Assembly: GCA_050633305.1 (NCBI GenBank)
Contig: JBOEGF010000008.1
Location: forward strand, 478,474-542,473
DNA: 64,000 bases
Origin: Nannocystales bacterium
Lineage (GTDB): Bacteria; Myxococcota_A; Polyangia; Nannocystales; Nannocystaceae
Direction of reading: 5' to 3'
Position numbers and translations under genes: made by a program. Each line of letters starts with the position of its first letter. Position 1 is the stretch's first letter. The notes below the pieces were generated by a model. It did no database searches. It was not told where the DNA came from and saw only the letters and a list, made by a program, of their open reading frames with translations. Shown here in pieces: positions 48,330 to 58,481 of the stretch.

Positions 48330-50903
48330 CTACTTCTTCTTCGCCTTGCGCTGAGCTCCGGCGAGCTTTCGCTTGAGCGACCGCTCGGCGACGGTACCTT
48401 CGGCAAGGTTCACCGCCCGGTCGTACGACGTGGCCGCAGAGGTGTGCTCTCCCAGCGCGCTCAGACAGTCTCCACGCAGCTCCCACCCCGAGGGCAGACG
48501 CTCGTCCAACTCGACCGCGATGTCGGCACTCGTGCAAGCTGCTCCGGGTCGCTCTCCCGCAAGCTCGATACCTCCGCGAAGCACCCACGCGCGTGGACTG
48601 ACTGGAGCGCGGAGCGTGAGGCCCCGGCCGACGGTCGCCGCTGCTTTGGGCTGTCCAAGATCCATCCACAGGCCCGCGACGAACGGCGCAGTGTCGAGGA
48701 GCGCACCCACCGGTAGATCGGGCTCCCGCACCATCTTTCGCCAGCCTTTGTAGGCGAGGCTGGCAGCCCGTCGTTTCTGCCGCCCAGCGAGTTCGACCCG
48801 TGCATCCACCACGTACAGGCGTCCATCCAGGGTCCGGAGCGTCCGCCGGATGCCGTCACGCAACGTGACCTTCGCCAACCGCAGCTCACCCACCGCCAGC
48901 AAACTCGTGGCGTACAGCACACGGATCTCGACGTTGCGAGGGTCGGAAGCGACGAGCGCTTCGAGCCGGGTACGGGCTTGCGCGAGCGCCTGCGGGTTGC
49001 GGCGGGCCAGCTCGTATCGCGCCCACTCGAGCTCGAGTTGCTCCGGCTTCGCACCACGCGCGGCGGCCTCGGTCAACCATCCCAGCACCCCCTCGTCGAC
49101 CGGAGTGCCGCGCAGCGAAGCGTCGGTGGACGAAACGCGAGCCAGGTCCAACAGTGGGCCAGGACCAAGCGCAGTGTCGGACACCAGCGGCATGAGCACC
49201 TCCCGAGCCTCGCGAGCCCGTGCCAGCTGCACGAGGAAAGCCCCGTACGTGGCGCGGTAGATGCCGAGCTTGGGCGGGGTCTCGGCGGCAACTCGAAAGT
49301 GCTTCAACGCCTTCGCGGCGTCGTTCGGTTCATCGAAGATCCGGGTCGCATAGTGCTTCGCGAGACGGAACGACGCCTCCGCGGGAGCCGCTTCACGATC
49401 GATCGCTCGCTTCAGCGCTGCGACGGCTTCTTTCAAGGCCTCGGCATCCGGGGTCTTCGGATCGAGCCCGACCAGTCGCGCCTCGGCCAACCCAGTCCAG
49501 ACCCGGTAGGTCCACGGGTGGTCGTCCGCCAGGGTCTCGAGTTCTTTGAGCGCCGCCGGTCGAGCCTCGTCCGCCGCGGTCGCGACACGGGCCGCAGCAA
49601 CCGCCAAGTCCGGCCGATCGGGCAGCCGCTGTCGTGCGAACTCGACCCACGGGCGAGCCTCCGCGTGCCGATGCTGTTCGACCAGGGCCAACGCCTGTAG
49701 ATGCCCGACCCGGGGGAGCGTCTGTGGCATGTCCTCCAGCACGGCCAGGGCCTCTTGACTCCGGCCCCGTGCCAAAGCTTCCCACGCATCCACGACACCG
49801 TCGGCCTGCGAACCCAAGTGGACCCCCTTGCGAAGCGTGTCGACGCGGTCGACCTGGCCGTAGCTCAGCAACCCCTCGAGAACATGGAGGCGTGCGTCGT
49901 TGTCGGCAGGAGAAAGAGCGCGCCAGGCATCGCTCAAGGCCTCGACGCCGTCGTCCGGCTCTCCCTCGTGCAGCTCGGCCAACCCCTTGGTGATCGACAA
50001 CCGTGCGACGTCTGGCCCTCGCACCGTACCGTCGAGCGCGTCAACGAGCTCCAGCGCGCCCACGACCGACTCTGCCTTGAGAACCTTGAAGAACGCTTCG
50101 TCGACCGAGAGTCCGGTGTCCTCGGGAGCAAGCGAGCGAGCCTCGGCGGTCTTCGCCAGGGCGAGTTCCAGATCCCCGCGGCGCGCGACGAGGGTTGCCA
50201 GCGCCCGGAGGTTGGACGCAGAGGGCGTCTCTTCCAACGAGGACTCCAGCTGCGCGACGGCAGCATCCTCCATCGCGACGTCGTACGGATGCCCCAACGC
50301 GACGACCGCCTGAAGCCACGCGGCGTCAGCCCGCACCCACGGGTCCTCGTCGTCAAGAGCGCCCTCATATGCGCGGCGGGCTTGATCGAAATCGCCTTCG
50401 AGCGCCGCCAACATTCCCTCGCAAAGCGCGCCTTCGGACCGGCCCGCGGCTCGAGCCTGGGCGAGTGCGGCACGGGCCTCGTCCGCCTCGACGACGCCGC
50501 GAATGTGGAGATGGGTGACCACCAGTGCGATGCGGCCGAGTGTGGCCGGATGGTTGGGAGCGACATCGAGGTTGGTCGCGAGAACCGTGCGTGCCGCCTC
50601 GAGCTTTGCCACCGAAGACGCAGCCAGCGGCTCTTGTGCCGCAGCCAACCCCTGCTCGATACGGCGGCTCTCGGCAAACTCCTTGACCCCAAAGGCCACC
50701 GCCACCAGCAGGACGACGACCGCGACCAACAACAGGACGCGGTTGCGAATCTTGGCCCGGCGAGCCGCCCTCTGGGCACGCTCGTGCAGGTGCCGCCGCT
50801 GCGACTCCTGGTCGGCGTCGTGCTGCTGCTTGTTGTGGATCTCCTCCACCAAGCTTTGCCGAGTGAAGGTGTCCGATGCCGAGGGGGCCGACACAGGGGG
50901 CAT
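48330..50903 (-). CDS. Large membrane-anchored TPR protein
   Basis: Single N-terminal TM, about 780 aa of Ala/Leu-rich helical repeats; stop directly abuts the GT4 ATG. Confidence 0.8.
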   Translation of the reverse strand: MPPVSAPSASDTFTRQSLVEEIHNKQQHDADQESQRRHLHERAQRAARRAKIRNRVLLLVAVVVLLVAVAFGVKEFAESRRIEQGLAAAQEPLAASSVAKLEAARTVLATNLDVAPNHPATLGRIALVVTHLHIRGVVEADEARAALAQARAAGRSEGALCEGMLAALEGDFDQARRAYEGALDDEDPWVRADAAWLQAVVALGHPYDVAMEDAAVAQLESSLEETPSASNLRALATLVARRGDLELALAKTAEARSLAPEDTGLSVDEAFFKVLKAESVVGALELVDALDGTVRGPDVARLSITKGLAELHEGEPDDGVEALSDAWRALSPADNDARLHVLEGLLSYGQVDRVDTLRKGVHLGSQADGVVDAWEALARGRSQEALAVLEDMPQTLPRVGHLQALALVEQHRHAEARPWVEFARQRLPDRPDLAVAAARVATAADEARPAALKELETLADDHPWTYRVWTGLAEARLVGLDPKTPDAEALKEAVAALKRAIDREAAPAEASFRLAKHYATRIFDEPNDAAKALKHFRVAAETPPKLGIYRATYGAFLVQLARAREAREVLMPLVSDTALGPGPLLDLARVSSTDASLRGTPVDEGVLGWLTEAAARGAKPEQLELEWARYELARRNPQALAQARTRLEALVASDPRNVEIRVLYATSLLAVGELRLAKVTLRDGIRRTLRTLDGRLYVVDARVELAGRQKRRAASLAYKGWRKMVREPDLPVGALLDTAPFVAGLWMDLGQPKAAATVGRGLTLRAPVSPRAWVLRGGIELAGERPGAACTSADIAVELDERLPSGWELRGDCLSALGEHTSAATSYDRAVNLAEGTVAERSLKRKLAGAQRKAKKK

Positions 50904-50973
50904 GGTAGGTCCTCCGGGACCTCAACTGAACCATATCTGGCTGTTTTCGCCCCCGCGCACCGGGAACTGCCGT

Positions 50974-51750
50974 TTAGCCAGTGCCGAGGAGGCGGGCAAG
51001 ATCACCACGGTGCGCCAAAGCGAGCGCATCCATCGTCCACGCCACACCGCAGTGCAGCAGCACCCCACCGTAGATCGACCGCGTGCGCAAAGCGAGCGTC
51101 CCCAGCACGATGCCAGCGACCACCGATCCGAGCGTCTCCGGGAGCGCCTTCCCGAAATGGATCATGGTGTAGGGCACCAGCGAAACGAAGATCGCGGCCG
51201 AGCCTAACGAACGGGCGAGCATGAACAGGAGGAAGCCCCGAAAGAAGAACTCGAGCGCGGCAAACTGGAACCCGTAGGCAGCCTCCCACAGGACCAGCCG
51301 CGACCAAGTCGATCCGGCATGTGGGTACCGCGGGTACCGCTCGAGGAACGCCGGGGAGTCCGCGACGAGGACGACAACGGGCAACACCACGAGCAGCAAG
51401 GCCGCGTACAGCCCCCACGTGCGCCGGCTGCGGTGAAGCCGAAGACCCAAGTCGGCGACCCGGTCGCCCAGCAACCGCACGCAGATGCACGGGAGCAGCA
51501 CGTAGTTGACGGTCTTGAACAGCGACCAGTACAGCCACGGACCCCAGTGGCGGTCCGGGAGCCCCTCAAAGGCGGTCTGTAGGTGCTCGTCGGCGAACTT
51601 CGGCGACCCGAGATAAATCGGCAGGATCAGACACGAGATCGCGGTCAGCAGAACCCAGGGAGCCCGGCGGTCGGGCAGTGGCCGGTCGAGCATGTCGGAG
51701 TCGATCGCCCTCCACTGGTCGACCGTGAGCTTGCGGATCCAGTGCGGCAT
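50974..51750 (-). CDS. CPBP (Abi/type II CAAX) family intramembrane glutamic endopeptidase
   Basis: LEFFFRG, IHFGK, LALRTRSIYGGVLLH motifs; multi-TM. Confidence 0.9.
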   Translation of the reverse strand: MPHWIRKLTVDQWRAIDSDMLDRPLPDRRAPWVLLTAISCLILPIYLGSPKFADEHLQTAFEGLPDRHWGPWLYWSLFKTVNYVLLPCICVRLLGDRVADLGLRLHRSRRTWGLYAALLLVVLPVVVLVADSPAFLERYPRYPHAGSTWSRLVLWEAAYGFQFAALEFFFRGFLLFMLARSLGSAAIFVSLVPYTMIHFGKALPETLGSVVAGIVLGTLALRTRSIYGGVLLHCGVAWTMDALALAHRGDLARLLGTG

Positions 51751-51785
51751 CACCGAGGAACGCCCTGGGTTTACCATCGCCCCCG

Positions 51786-52493
51786 ATGATGCGTACGGCC
51801 TCTTGCGCGCTCTTGATGTTGTCCCTCGGCTGCTCCTCGACGAGCGCTGCGGACACCGACACGGACACCGACGCCTCCACGAGCACTGGAGCCGAAGAAA
51901 GCAGCACCGGGGCCGAATCCTCGTCGAGCGGGCCCGGGCTTTCTTGCGAGGCCGAGACGATGATCCCCGCAGGTGCAGCGATCGATCCCAACGGCACCAT
52001 CGATCCGCTGGAGTGGGCCGGAGGAACGGTCGTCGCGATCCCGGTCCAAGCCACCGAGGTGAACGTGATCCTCTCCCACGACGGCGAGAACCTGAACGTC
52101 GGCTTTCAACCGCTGGCAGAAGGCGGCTTGATCATCTTCCCCGAGCTGTACATCGACCCACTCAACGACAAGTCCGTCATGTTCGGAGCCGACGACTGGT
52201 GGTTCCACACCGACGACCAGGAGTGTGGAGCGCAGGGCATGCTCGACGCGTGGCCGGACTGCGTGGACGACAACCCGGACTGGGAGAGCACCCCCGGACT
52301 GGTCGGCCCGGCCAACGCCGTGGAGTACTCGATCCCGTTCGAGCTTCTGGGCATCGACCTGACGAGTTCCTGCGAGATCGGCCTCGCGATTCGGGTCACC
52401 AACACGCAGACGGTGGCTGAAATCTGGCCCGCGGACTCGGACCGGAACGAACCCGTCACCTGGGCCACCGTCGCACTCGACACCGACTTCTAG
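51786..52493 (+). CDS. Lipoprotein with DOMON/CBM9-like domain
   Basis: Lipobox LSLGC, Ser/Thr/Asp linker, NGTIDPLEW and VEYSIPFELLG. Confidence 0.7.
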   Translation: MMRTASCALLMLSLGCSSTSAADTDTDTDASTSTGAEESSTGAESSSSGPGLSCEAETMIPAGAAIDPNGTIDPLEWAGGTVVAIPVQATEVNVILSHDGENLNVGFQPLAEGGLIIFPELYIDPLNDKSVMFGADDWWFHTDDQECGAQGMLDAWPDCVDDNPDWESTPGLVGPANAVEYSIPFELLGIDLTSSCEIGLAIRVTNTQTVAEIWPADSDRNEPVTWATVALDTDF

Positions 52494-52562
52494 AACACAC
52501 CTCGACGCGCCCGTCGCGTTGAGGATCGTTGCCAGGCGCTGGTCTCGCGGTAGCGTTCGCCC

Positions 52563-53504
52563 GTGAGCACCCCGCGGCCCAGCTATGACGACCCTGCCAC
52601 GTACGCGCGCCTCGCTGGATTCGGCGGGGAATGGAGAGACACATGGTGGAACTCGGACTACCTGGACCTCATCGGCCAACGCTGCGACCTGGGTCGGCGG
52701 ACCCGGTTGCTCGACGTCGGCTGCGGCGCGGGACACTGGGGGCGCGCGGTCCTTCAGCGGATGTCGGCCGGTGCCACCCTCACGGGCATCGATCGTGAGC
52801 CAGCGTTCTTCGACGCAGCTCGTTACGCTGCCCGCACCGCAAACGCGACGGCAAGCTACCAGGAGGCCCAGGCAGAGGCCCTCCCCTTCGACGACAATTC
52901 GTTCGACGTCGTGACCTGCCAGACCGTGCTGATCCACGTCCCGGACGCTCAGGCGGTCGTCGAAGAGATGCTGCGGGTCACCAAGCCGGACGGCGTCATC
53001 GTGTTGGCCGAGCCCGACAACCTGGTGCTGGCCACAAGCTTCATGGGCACCAGCGTTCCTCTCACCGTAGCCCAGCGGCTGTCCCTGCTGCAGCTCCAGC
53101 TCGTGTGCCATGCGGGGAAGCGCGCGCTGGGTGAAGGGGATGGAGAAGTCGGGGCTCGACTGCCGGCGCTTCTCCGCCAAAGTGGTGCAGTCGCGGTGCA
53201 GACGTTCGCCTCAGACAAGGCGGCATGGGCGAGCGCCCCATACGACGACCATGCCCAAGCTGTCGACATCAAGACCCAGCTGGACTTCGCCCGCGCCGAC
53301 CAGTGGATGCCCACCGGCCCCCGCGAGGACACGCGTCGGCACTACCTCGCCGGCGGAGGGACCGAACCCGACTTCGAGGCGTGTTGGGCGTGCGTGCTGC
53401 AATGGCTCCGTACTTTCGAGCAGCAGGTCAGCGCGGGGACGTTTCACTGCGCCCGCCCGACCTGCATGGTTCTCGCGTGCGGTCAGCCTGGCTCGGGCAC
53501 GTAG
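52563..53504 (+). CDS. Class I SAM-dependent methyltransferase
   Basis: LLDVGCGAGHW, GID, ALPFDDNSFDVV, LRVTKPDG, EPD. Confidence 0.92.
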   Translation: MSTPRPSYDDPATYARLAGFGGEWRDTWWNSDYLDLIGQRCDLGRRTRLLDVGCGAGHWGRAVLQRMSAGATLTGIDREPAFFDAARYAARTANATASYQEAQAEALPFDDNSFDVVTCQTVLIHVPDAQAVVEEMLRVTKPDGVIVLAEPDNLVLATSFMGTSVPLTVAQRLSLLQLQLVCHAGKRALGEGDGEVGARLPALLRQSGAVAVQTFASDKAAWASAPYDDHAQAVDIKTQLDFARADQWMPTGPREDTRRHYLAGGGTEPDFEACWACVLQWLRTFEQQVSAGTFHCARPTCMVLACGQPGSGT

Positions 53505-54130
53505 CCTTCGAGGTAGCGCCGAAGCATTAGCTTGGTTTCGGTGAGCATCTGCGCCCCCGTGTCCTTGGGTTCGTTGGCGATCACCAGCATGCTCACCGCG
53601 AACGTGTAGACCAGTGTCCTTGCGACGCGGTGGCTGTGTTCGGGTGAAAGGTCGGGAGCCCACGCTCCCACCAGCACACCGACGATCTGGATGAAGCCCT
53701 GCATCTGCGCCGTATCCTCGTCCTCGAACTCTCGGTAGAGCTCGAAGTTGCGGACCATCGCGCGCATCATGACCGAGCGGTGATGCAGCTCGAAGTACAG
53801 GTCGCAGACCTGCTCGAGAAGCTCGGGCCAGGGCCGGTCCGTGCCCGGAAGCATCATCGAAGCGAACGTCGCCCCGCTCGCCTCGATCGCACGCCGGGCG
53901 ACCTCTCGAAACACGGCCTTCTTGTTGGGAAAGAACTGATAAACCGAGCCGATCGACGTGCCCGCCGTGGCCGCGATCCCCTCCATGGTGGTCGCGTCGA
54001 ATCCAAACTCCGCGAACGACTCCGCAGCCGCCTCGACGATCGAATCGTGTCGGCGCCGACTACGCTCCTGCTGTGGACGTTTCCGCGGGGAGGCTTTTTT
54101 CCCCCGTTTTTTCGTGGGCTTAGTCGTCAA
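53483..54130 (-). CDS. TetR/AcrR family transcriptional regulator
   Basis: RKRPQQERS; GFDATTMEGIAATAGTSIGSVYQFFPNK. Confidence 0.95.
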   Translation of the reverse strand: MTTKPTKKRGKKASPRKRPQQERSRRRHDSIVEAAAESFAEFGFDATTMEGIAATAGTSIGSVYQFFPNKKAVFREVARRAIEASGATFASMMLPGTDRPWPELLEQVCDLYFELHHRSVMMRAMVRNFELYREFEDEDTAQMQGFIQIVGVLVGAWAPDLSPEHSHRVARTLVYTFAVSMLVIANEPKDTGAQMLTETKLMLRRYLEGYVPEPG

Positions 54131-54133
54131 CGC

Positions 54134-54186
54134 TTGACGAACGTGAGGCCTTCCTCATCTTTTGTCAAACATGAGGACATCCTCAT
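54134..54186. promoter_or_regulatory. Overlapping divergent sigma70-type promoters with two TGAGG-N4-CCTCA operators
   Basis: Minus strand TTGACA-N17-CACGTT; plus strand TTGACG-N16-CATCTT; palindromes at 54144-54157 and 54171-54186. Confidence 0.7.
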
Positions 54187-55535
54187 CTTTAGCGAACGCC
54201 GCACCCCTGCCGGGGCCTCGCGGACTCCCGTACTTCGGCTCGTACTTCGAGGTCGTCACGGACCGACTGGGGCTGTTCACCGACGGACGCGACCGATTCG
54301 GCGACCTCGTTGGCTACCGCTTTGGTCCGTTCCGATTCGTGGTGCTCCACGACCCCGAAGCGATCCATCACGCGTTCGTCCGCCACCACAACCGCTACGT
54401 AAAAAGCCGATCCTACGACGGTCTCCGTCTGGTCATGGGCAACGGCCTGGTCACCTCGGAGGGCGACTTCTGGAAGCGGCAGCGCAAGCTCAGCCAGCCC
54501 GCGTTTCACCGCAAGCGATTGGCACAGCTCGCGGCCACGATGGGACGCCTGACCGAAGACCTCGCCGACGAGTGGTCGACCGCCCACGGCACGACGGTCG
54601 AGCTCCACGACGCGATGATGCGGCTGACACTCCGCATCGTCGGCCACACGCTGTTCTCGACCGAACTCTCCACCGAGGCTGGTCGATTGGGCCCAGCGAT
54701 CACGACCGCGCTACAGCGAGCCAACGCCGAGGCGGTCAGCGCGATTCGGCTTCCGATGTGGGTGCCCACGCCTGCGAACGTTCGCTTTCGAGGAGCGCAG
54801 CGGATCCTGGACGAAGCCATCGGCAGCATCATCGCGGAGCGTCGCGCCAACCCGCACGATCGAGGAGACTTGCTTTCGATGCTGATGTCGGTGGAGGACG
54901 AACTCACCCGTGAGCAGATGACCGACCAGCAGCTACGCGACGAGGTTCTCACCCTGTTCCTGGCCGGGCACGAGACGATCGCCACCCACATGAGCTGGAC
55001 CTTCAAGCTCCTCACCGAGAATCCGCAGTGGGCCCGAGCGGTTCGAGAGGAGGCCGATTCCGTACTCGGCGGTCGGACACCCACGATGGAGGACCTGCCC
55101 AAGCTCGAGGTCGCCGGCCGCGTCATTTCGGAATCAATGCGGCTGTATCCGCCGGTTTGGATCTTCGAGCGGACCGCGGTCGAAGATGACGAGGTCCTCG
55201 GCCGCGTCATCGAGCGCGACACCATCGTCGCCGCCTGTCCTTGGACTCTGCACCGCCATCCCGCGCTGTGGACCGACCCGCTCAGGTTCGACCCCGGCCG
55301 CTTCCTTCCCGAGCGCAGCGCCAACCGGCATCGCTACGCGTACATCCCGTTTGGCGCGGGCCCACGAATCTGCATCGGAAACAACTTCGCCCTGATGGAG
55401 GCGAAGATCATCCTCACGACCCTAATCCAGCGTTTCGCGATCCAAGTCCACCGTCCCGAGCAGGTGGGCCTGGATCCGGGCATCACCCTCCGACCCAAGG
55501 GCGGAATGCCCGGAACGATCCGCGTGATGTCGTAG
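54171..55535 (+). CDS. Cytochrome P450
   Basis: PGP, GNGLVTSEG, FLAGHET (I-helix), ESMR (ExxR), FDPGRF, FGAGPRICIG heme motif. Confidence 0.97.
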   Translation: MRTSSSLANAAPLPGPRGLPYFGSYFEVVTDRLGLFTDGRDRFGDLVGYRFGPFRFVVLHDPEAIHHAFVRHHNRYVKSRSYDGLRLVMGNGLVTSEGDFWKRQRKLSQPAFHRKRLAQLAATMGRLTEDLADEWSTAHGTTVELHDAMMRLTLRIVGHTLFSTELSTEAGRLGPAITTALQRANAEAVSAIRLPMWVPTPANVRFRGAQRILDEAIGSIIAERRANPHDRGDLLSMLMSVEDELTREQMTDQQLRDEVLTLFLAGHETIATHMSWTFKLLTENPQWARAVREEADSVLGGRTPTMEDLPKLEVAGRVISESMRLYPPVWIFERTAVEDDEVLGRVIERDTIVAACPWTLHRHPALWTDPLRFDPGRFLPERSANRHRYAYIPFGAGPRICIGNNFALMEAKIILTTLIQRFAIQVHRPEQVGLDPGITLRPKGGMPGTIRVMS

Positions 55536-55552
55536 CTGTGCCTCGTGTCCGC

Positions 55553-56356
55553 TCAACAGCGAACGCCGAGGTCGTAGCTGACACACATGTCCTGCAGTGG
55601 CATGTCGACCCGAACGAAGGCTCGGCCGGTGTCGTCGTTCCCGGAGTTGCAGTCGATCTCTGTGACGACCAACTCCGTCTGCTCGGAGCAGCACCCCGCA
55701 AGCCCGTCCGGCGACGTCGCAGCCTCCGAGTTCTCCGGGCACGTCACCACGGGGTTGTCCGGGTCGTCACACAAGAAGAACTGACACACCCGAACCGGGA
55801 TGTTGGTGTCGATCTCGTACGCCATGTCGATCTGACCGAAGCTCGTGTCGTCGCAGCGATACGTGAACCAATCCTCGTCCCCACTCCCCCCCGGGAGCCG
55901 GCCATCCACAACTTCGAACGTGGGGTTCGAGTCGTTGAACTCGCCGAGATCAGGCGCGTCGCCCTCGGTGTTGTTCGGCTCTGAGCGCTCTTGCGGGCAA
56001 TTCTGCGGCAGCTCGCAGACATCGTCCACGCAAACATTGTCCCCTTCGCAGCCGCCACGACGGTCGCAGGCGCAATCCAGCGTACCGAGTTCACAGCCCG
56101 GGCCCGTGCTGGAGCTGCTCGCGAATCCAGTCGAGGACGAGCTACTCGCCGCCCCGCTTGAAGAACTGGAGTCGGCCTCATCGGTGGTGGAACTGGAGCT
56201 GGAGCTGGCCGTGGTGGGCGGGAGGGTCGTGCTCCCGTCGCCGCTGCTCGAACTCGAGCTCGATCCAACATCGGTGCCACCCGGATCATCGCTGCCAGCA
56301 CAGCCTAGCGTCATCCCTGACAGTGCGATCACCGCCCACATCGGCAAGCTCTTCAT
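55553..56356 (-). CDS. Lipoprotein with Ser/Thr linker, Cys-rich and PPC-like (EPN...DEDWF) domains
   Basis: Lipobox MTLGC; poly-Ser; CELGTLDCAC; EPNN; DEDWF. Confidence 0.8.
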   Translation of the reverse strand: MKSLPMWAVIALSGMTLGCAGSDDPGGTDVGSSSSSSSGDGSTTLPPTTASSSSSSTTDEADSSSSSGAASSSSSTGFASSSSTGPGCELGTLDCACDRRGGCEGDNVCVDDVCELPQNCPQERSEPNNTEGDAPDLGEFNDSNPTFEVVDGRLPGGSGDEDWFTYRCDDTSFGQIDMAYEIDTNIPVRVCQFFLCDDPDNPVVTCPENSEAATSPDGLAGCCSEQTELVVTEIDCNSGNDDTGRAFVRVDMPLQDMCVSYDLGVRC

Positions 56357-56433
56357 GCGGCGATGCTCGCACGAACCCAGTGGCGACAACCAGCAGCGAC
56401 CGGGCATTTGCGATACCGTCAGGATGGAACGCG

Positions 56434-58452
56434 GTGGGATTTTCGACAGTCAAACGATGGGCGCTGCTCGGCAGCGTATGGATGGTCGCACTTGCAAGCG
56501 GATGCACTTCCGACACCTCATTCCAGTGCTCCGATGACTCCCAATGCGCCGGGAACTCCGAGGCAGGTACATGCCAACCGCTGGGCTTCTGTAGCTTCCC
56601 AGACCCCGTCTGCGTGTCGAACCAGCGCTACGGAGACCTCGCACCTTCGGGTGTCGCAGGGAAGTGTGTTCCACCCGACCAAGACGGTGGTTCGGACACG
56701 GATGGAGCCGATTCGGAAGGACCCAGCACCGACTCCGACACCACCGATCCAATGGTCGAGGCAGAGTGCGGCAATGCCATCGCCGAGGGCTCCGAGGCAT
56801 GTGACGGGAGCGATCTAGCCAACCAGACCTGCGAAACCCAAGGGTTTGCCGGAGGCGCGCTTCAGTGTGCCTCCGACTGCACCTTCGATGCTTCTTTCTG
56901 CACGCAGTGTGGCAACGGGAGCATCGACCCCGGAGAGGCGTGTGACGGAAGCGCCCTCGGCGACGCGACAACCTGCGCGGACGTCGGGCTCGGCGAGAAG
57001 AGCGAAGCGCTCGGGTGCAGTGACACGTGCACGTACGACTACGGGGAATGCAGCGCCTGCGGCGACGGCATGGTGACGGCGCCCGAGAGCTGCGACCCCG
57101 CAGCCGAGGTCAGCCAGACGTGCGGGGACGCAGGCTTCGACTCGGGGACGATCGCTTGTTCCCCCGGCTGCGTCCTCGATACCTCCGGATGCGCGCTGTG
57201 TGGAAACGCGGCCCGCGACGGAGATGAGGCCTGCGATGGCGCGGACCTTGGCACCTCGACGTGCGACAGCGAGGGTTTTCAAGGGGGCGCGCTTCAGTGC
57301 GCAACCGACTGCACCTTCGACACGACCGAATGCTTCACCTGTGGTGACGGGACAGTGTCGGGGACCGAGGCCTGCGACGGCGAGGCCTTCGATGGCGAAT
57401 CTTGCAGCACGCTGGGCTTCACGCACGGAGACCTCTCCTGCACGGGTACGTGCACGGTCGACGCGTCCGACTGTAGTTCATGCGGCAACGGGGTCATCGA
57501 CGGCGCCGAAGCGTGCGATGACCTCGACCTCGACAACCAGTCTTGCGAAGGACTTGGCTTCTTTGACGGCACGCTGAGCTGCTCGGACGCTTGTACCTTC
57601 GACACGTCGAGCTGCAACGGGGCGGGGTGCGGAGATGGCTCGGTCAACGGCGGAGAAGCATGCGACGGCGACGCCCTGGGCGGGCAGTCCTGTGACTCGC
57701 AAGGGTTCGACGGCGGCACGCTATCCTGCTACGCCGACTGCACGCTCAACAGTGGCGGGTGCTTCGAATGCGGCGACAACACCATCGACCCGGCCGAGAG
57801 CTGCGACGGCACCGCGCTCGGTGGCCAGACCTGCGGGTCTCAGGGCTTCGACGGCGGCGCACTCGCCTGCGACGCCAGCTGCAGCTTCAACACGGGGAGT
57901 TGCTACGAGTGCGGCGACGGAGACGTCAACGCTGGCGAAGAGTGCGACGGCTCGAGCTTCGACGGCCAGACCTGCGCGACCGAAGGCTTTGATGGTGGCT
58001 CCTTGTCCTGCAATGGCAACTGCGACGTCGTCACCTCCGGCTGCTTCGAATGCGGCGATGGAGACGTCGACGCCGGCGAATCTTGCGATGGCCTGAACCT
58101 CGACGGGGAAAGCTGTGCGAGCCAGGGCTTCGACGGTGGCCTCCTCAGCTGCAGCGGGAGCTGCAACTTCAACACGAGCAGCTGCTACGCCTGCGGCGAC
58201 GGAGACATCGATCCGGGCGAGACCTGCGACGGCTCGAACCTTGGCGGCCAGAGCTGCAGCAGCCTCGGTTTCGCGGGGGGGGACTTGAGCTGTTCCGCCG
58301 CGTGCGAACTCGACACCAGCGGGTGCTTCCTTTGCGGCAACGGCGTCGTCGAGCCAGGCGAAGAGTGTGACGGGGAACTTCCCGGCTGCCTGGAGTGCAT
58401 CGGTTGCATGGTCGTGGACGAGTTCTGTTGCGGCGGGAAGCTCCCCTGCTAA
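56434..58452 (+). CDS. Lipoprotein with about 12 myxobacterial Cys-rich repeats (CGNG..E.CDG..L...C...GF.GG.L.C...C.FD.S.C)
   Basis: Lipobox LASGC; 11 full and 1 partial repeats of about 48 aa; start inferred. Confidence 0.88.
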   Translation: MGFSTVKRWALLGSVWMVALASGCTSDTSFQCSDDSQCAGNSEAGTCQPLGFCSFPDPVCVSNQRYGDLAPSGVAGKCVPPDQDGGSDTDGADSEGPSTDSDTTDPMVEAECGNAIAEGSEACDGSDLANQTCETQGFAGGALQCASDCTFDASFCTQCGNGSIDPGEACDGSALGDATTCADVGLGEKSEALGCSDTCTYDYGECSACGDGMVTAPESCDPAAEVSQTCGDAGFDSGTIACSPGCVLDTSGCALCGNAARDGDEACDGADLGTSTCDSEGFQGGALQCATDCTFDTTECFTCGDGTVSGTEACDGEAFDGESCSTLGFTHGDLSCTGTCTVDASDCSSCGNGVIDGAEACDDLDLDNQSCEGLGFFDGTLSCSDACTFDTSSCNGAGCGDGSVNGGEACDGDALGGQSCDSQGFDGGTLSCYADCTLNSGGCFECGDNTIDPAESCDGTALGGQTCGSQGFDGGALACDASCSFNTGSCYECGDGDVNAGEECDGSSFDGQTCATEGFDGGSLSCNGNCDVVTSGCFECGDGDVDAGESCDGLNLDGESCASQGFDGGLLSCSGSCNFNTSSCYACGDGDIDPGETCDGSNLGGQSCSSLGFAGGDLSCSAACELDTSGCFLCGNGVVEPGEECDGELPGCLECIGCMVVDEFCCGGKLPC

Positions 58453-58481
58453 CAGCGTGAGCGCGAGCTGGCCCGAGCGGT

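Noticed and set aside
52563..55535. Methyltransferase + P450 as a secondary-metabolite cluster
   Set aside because: No scaffold enzyme (PKS, NRPS, terpene cyclase, RiPP precursor) is in the window, and the genes have separate promoters
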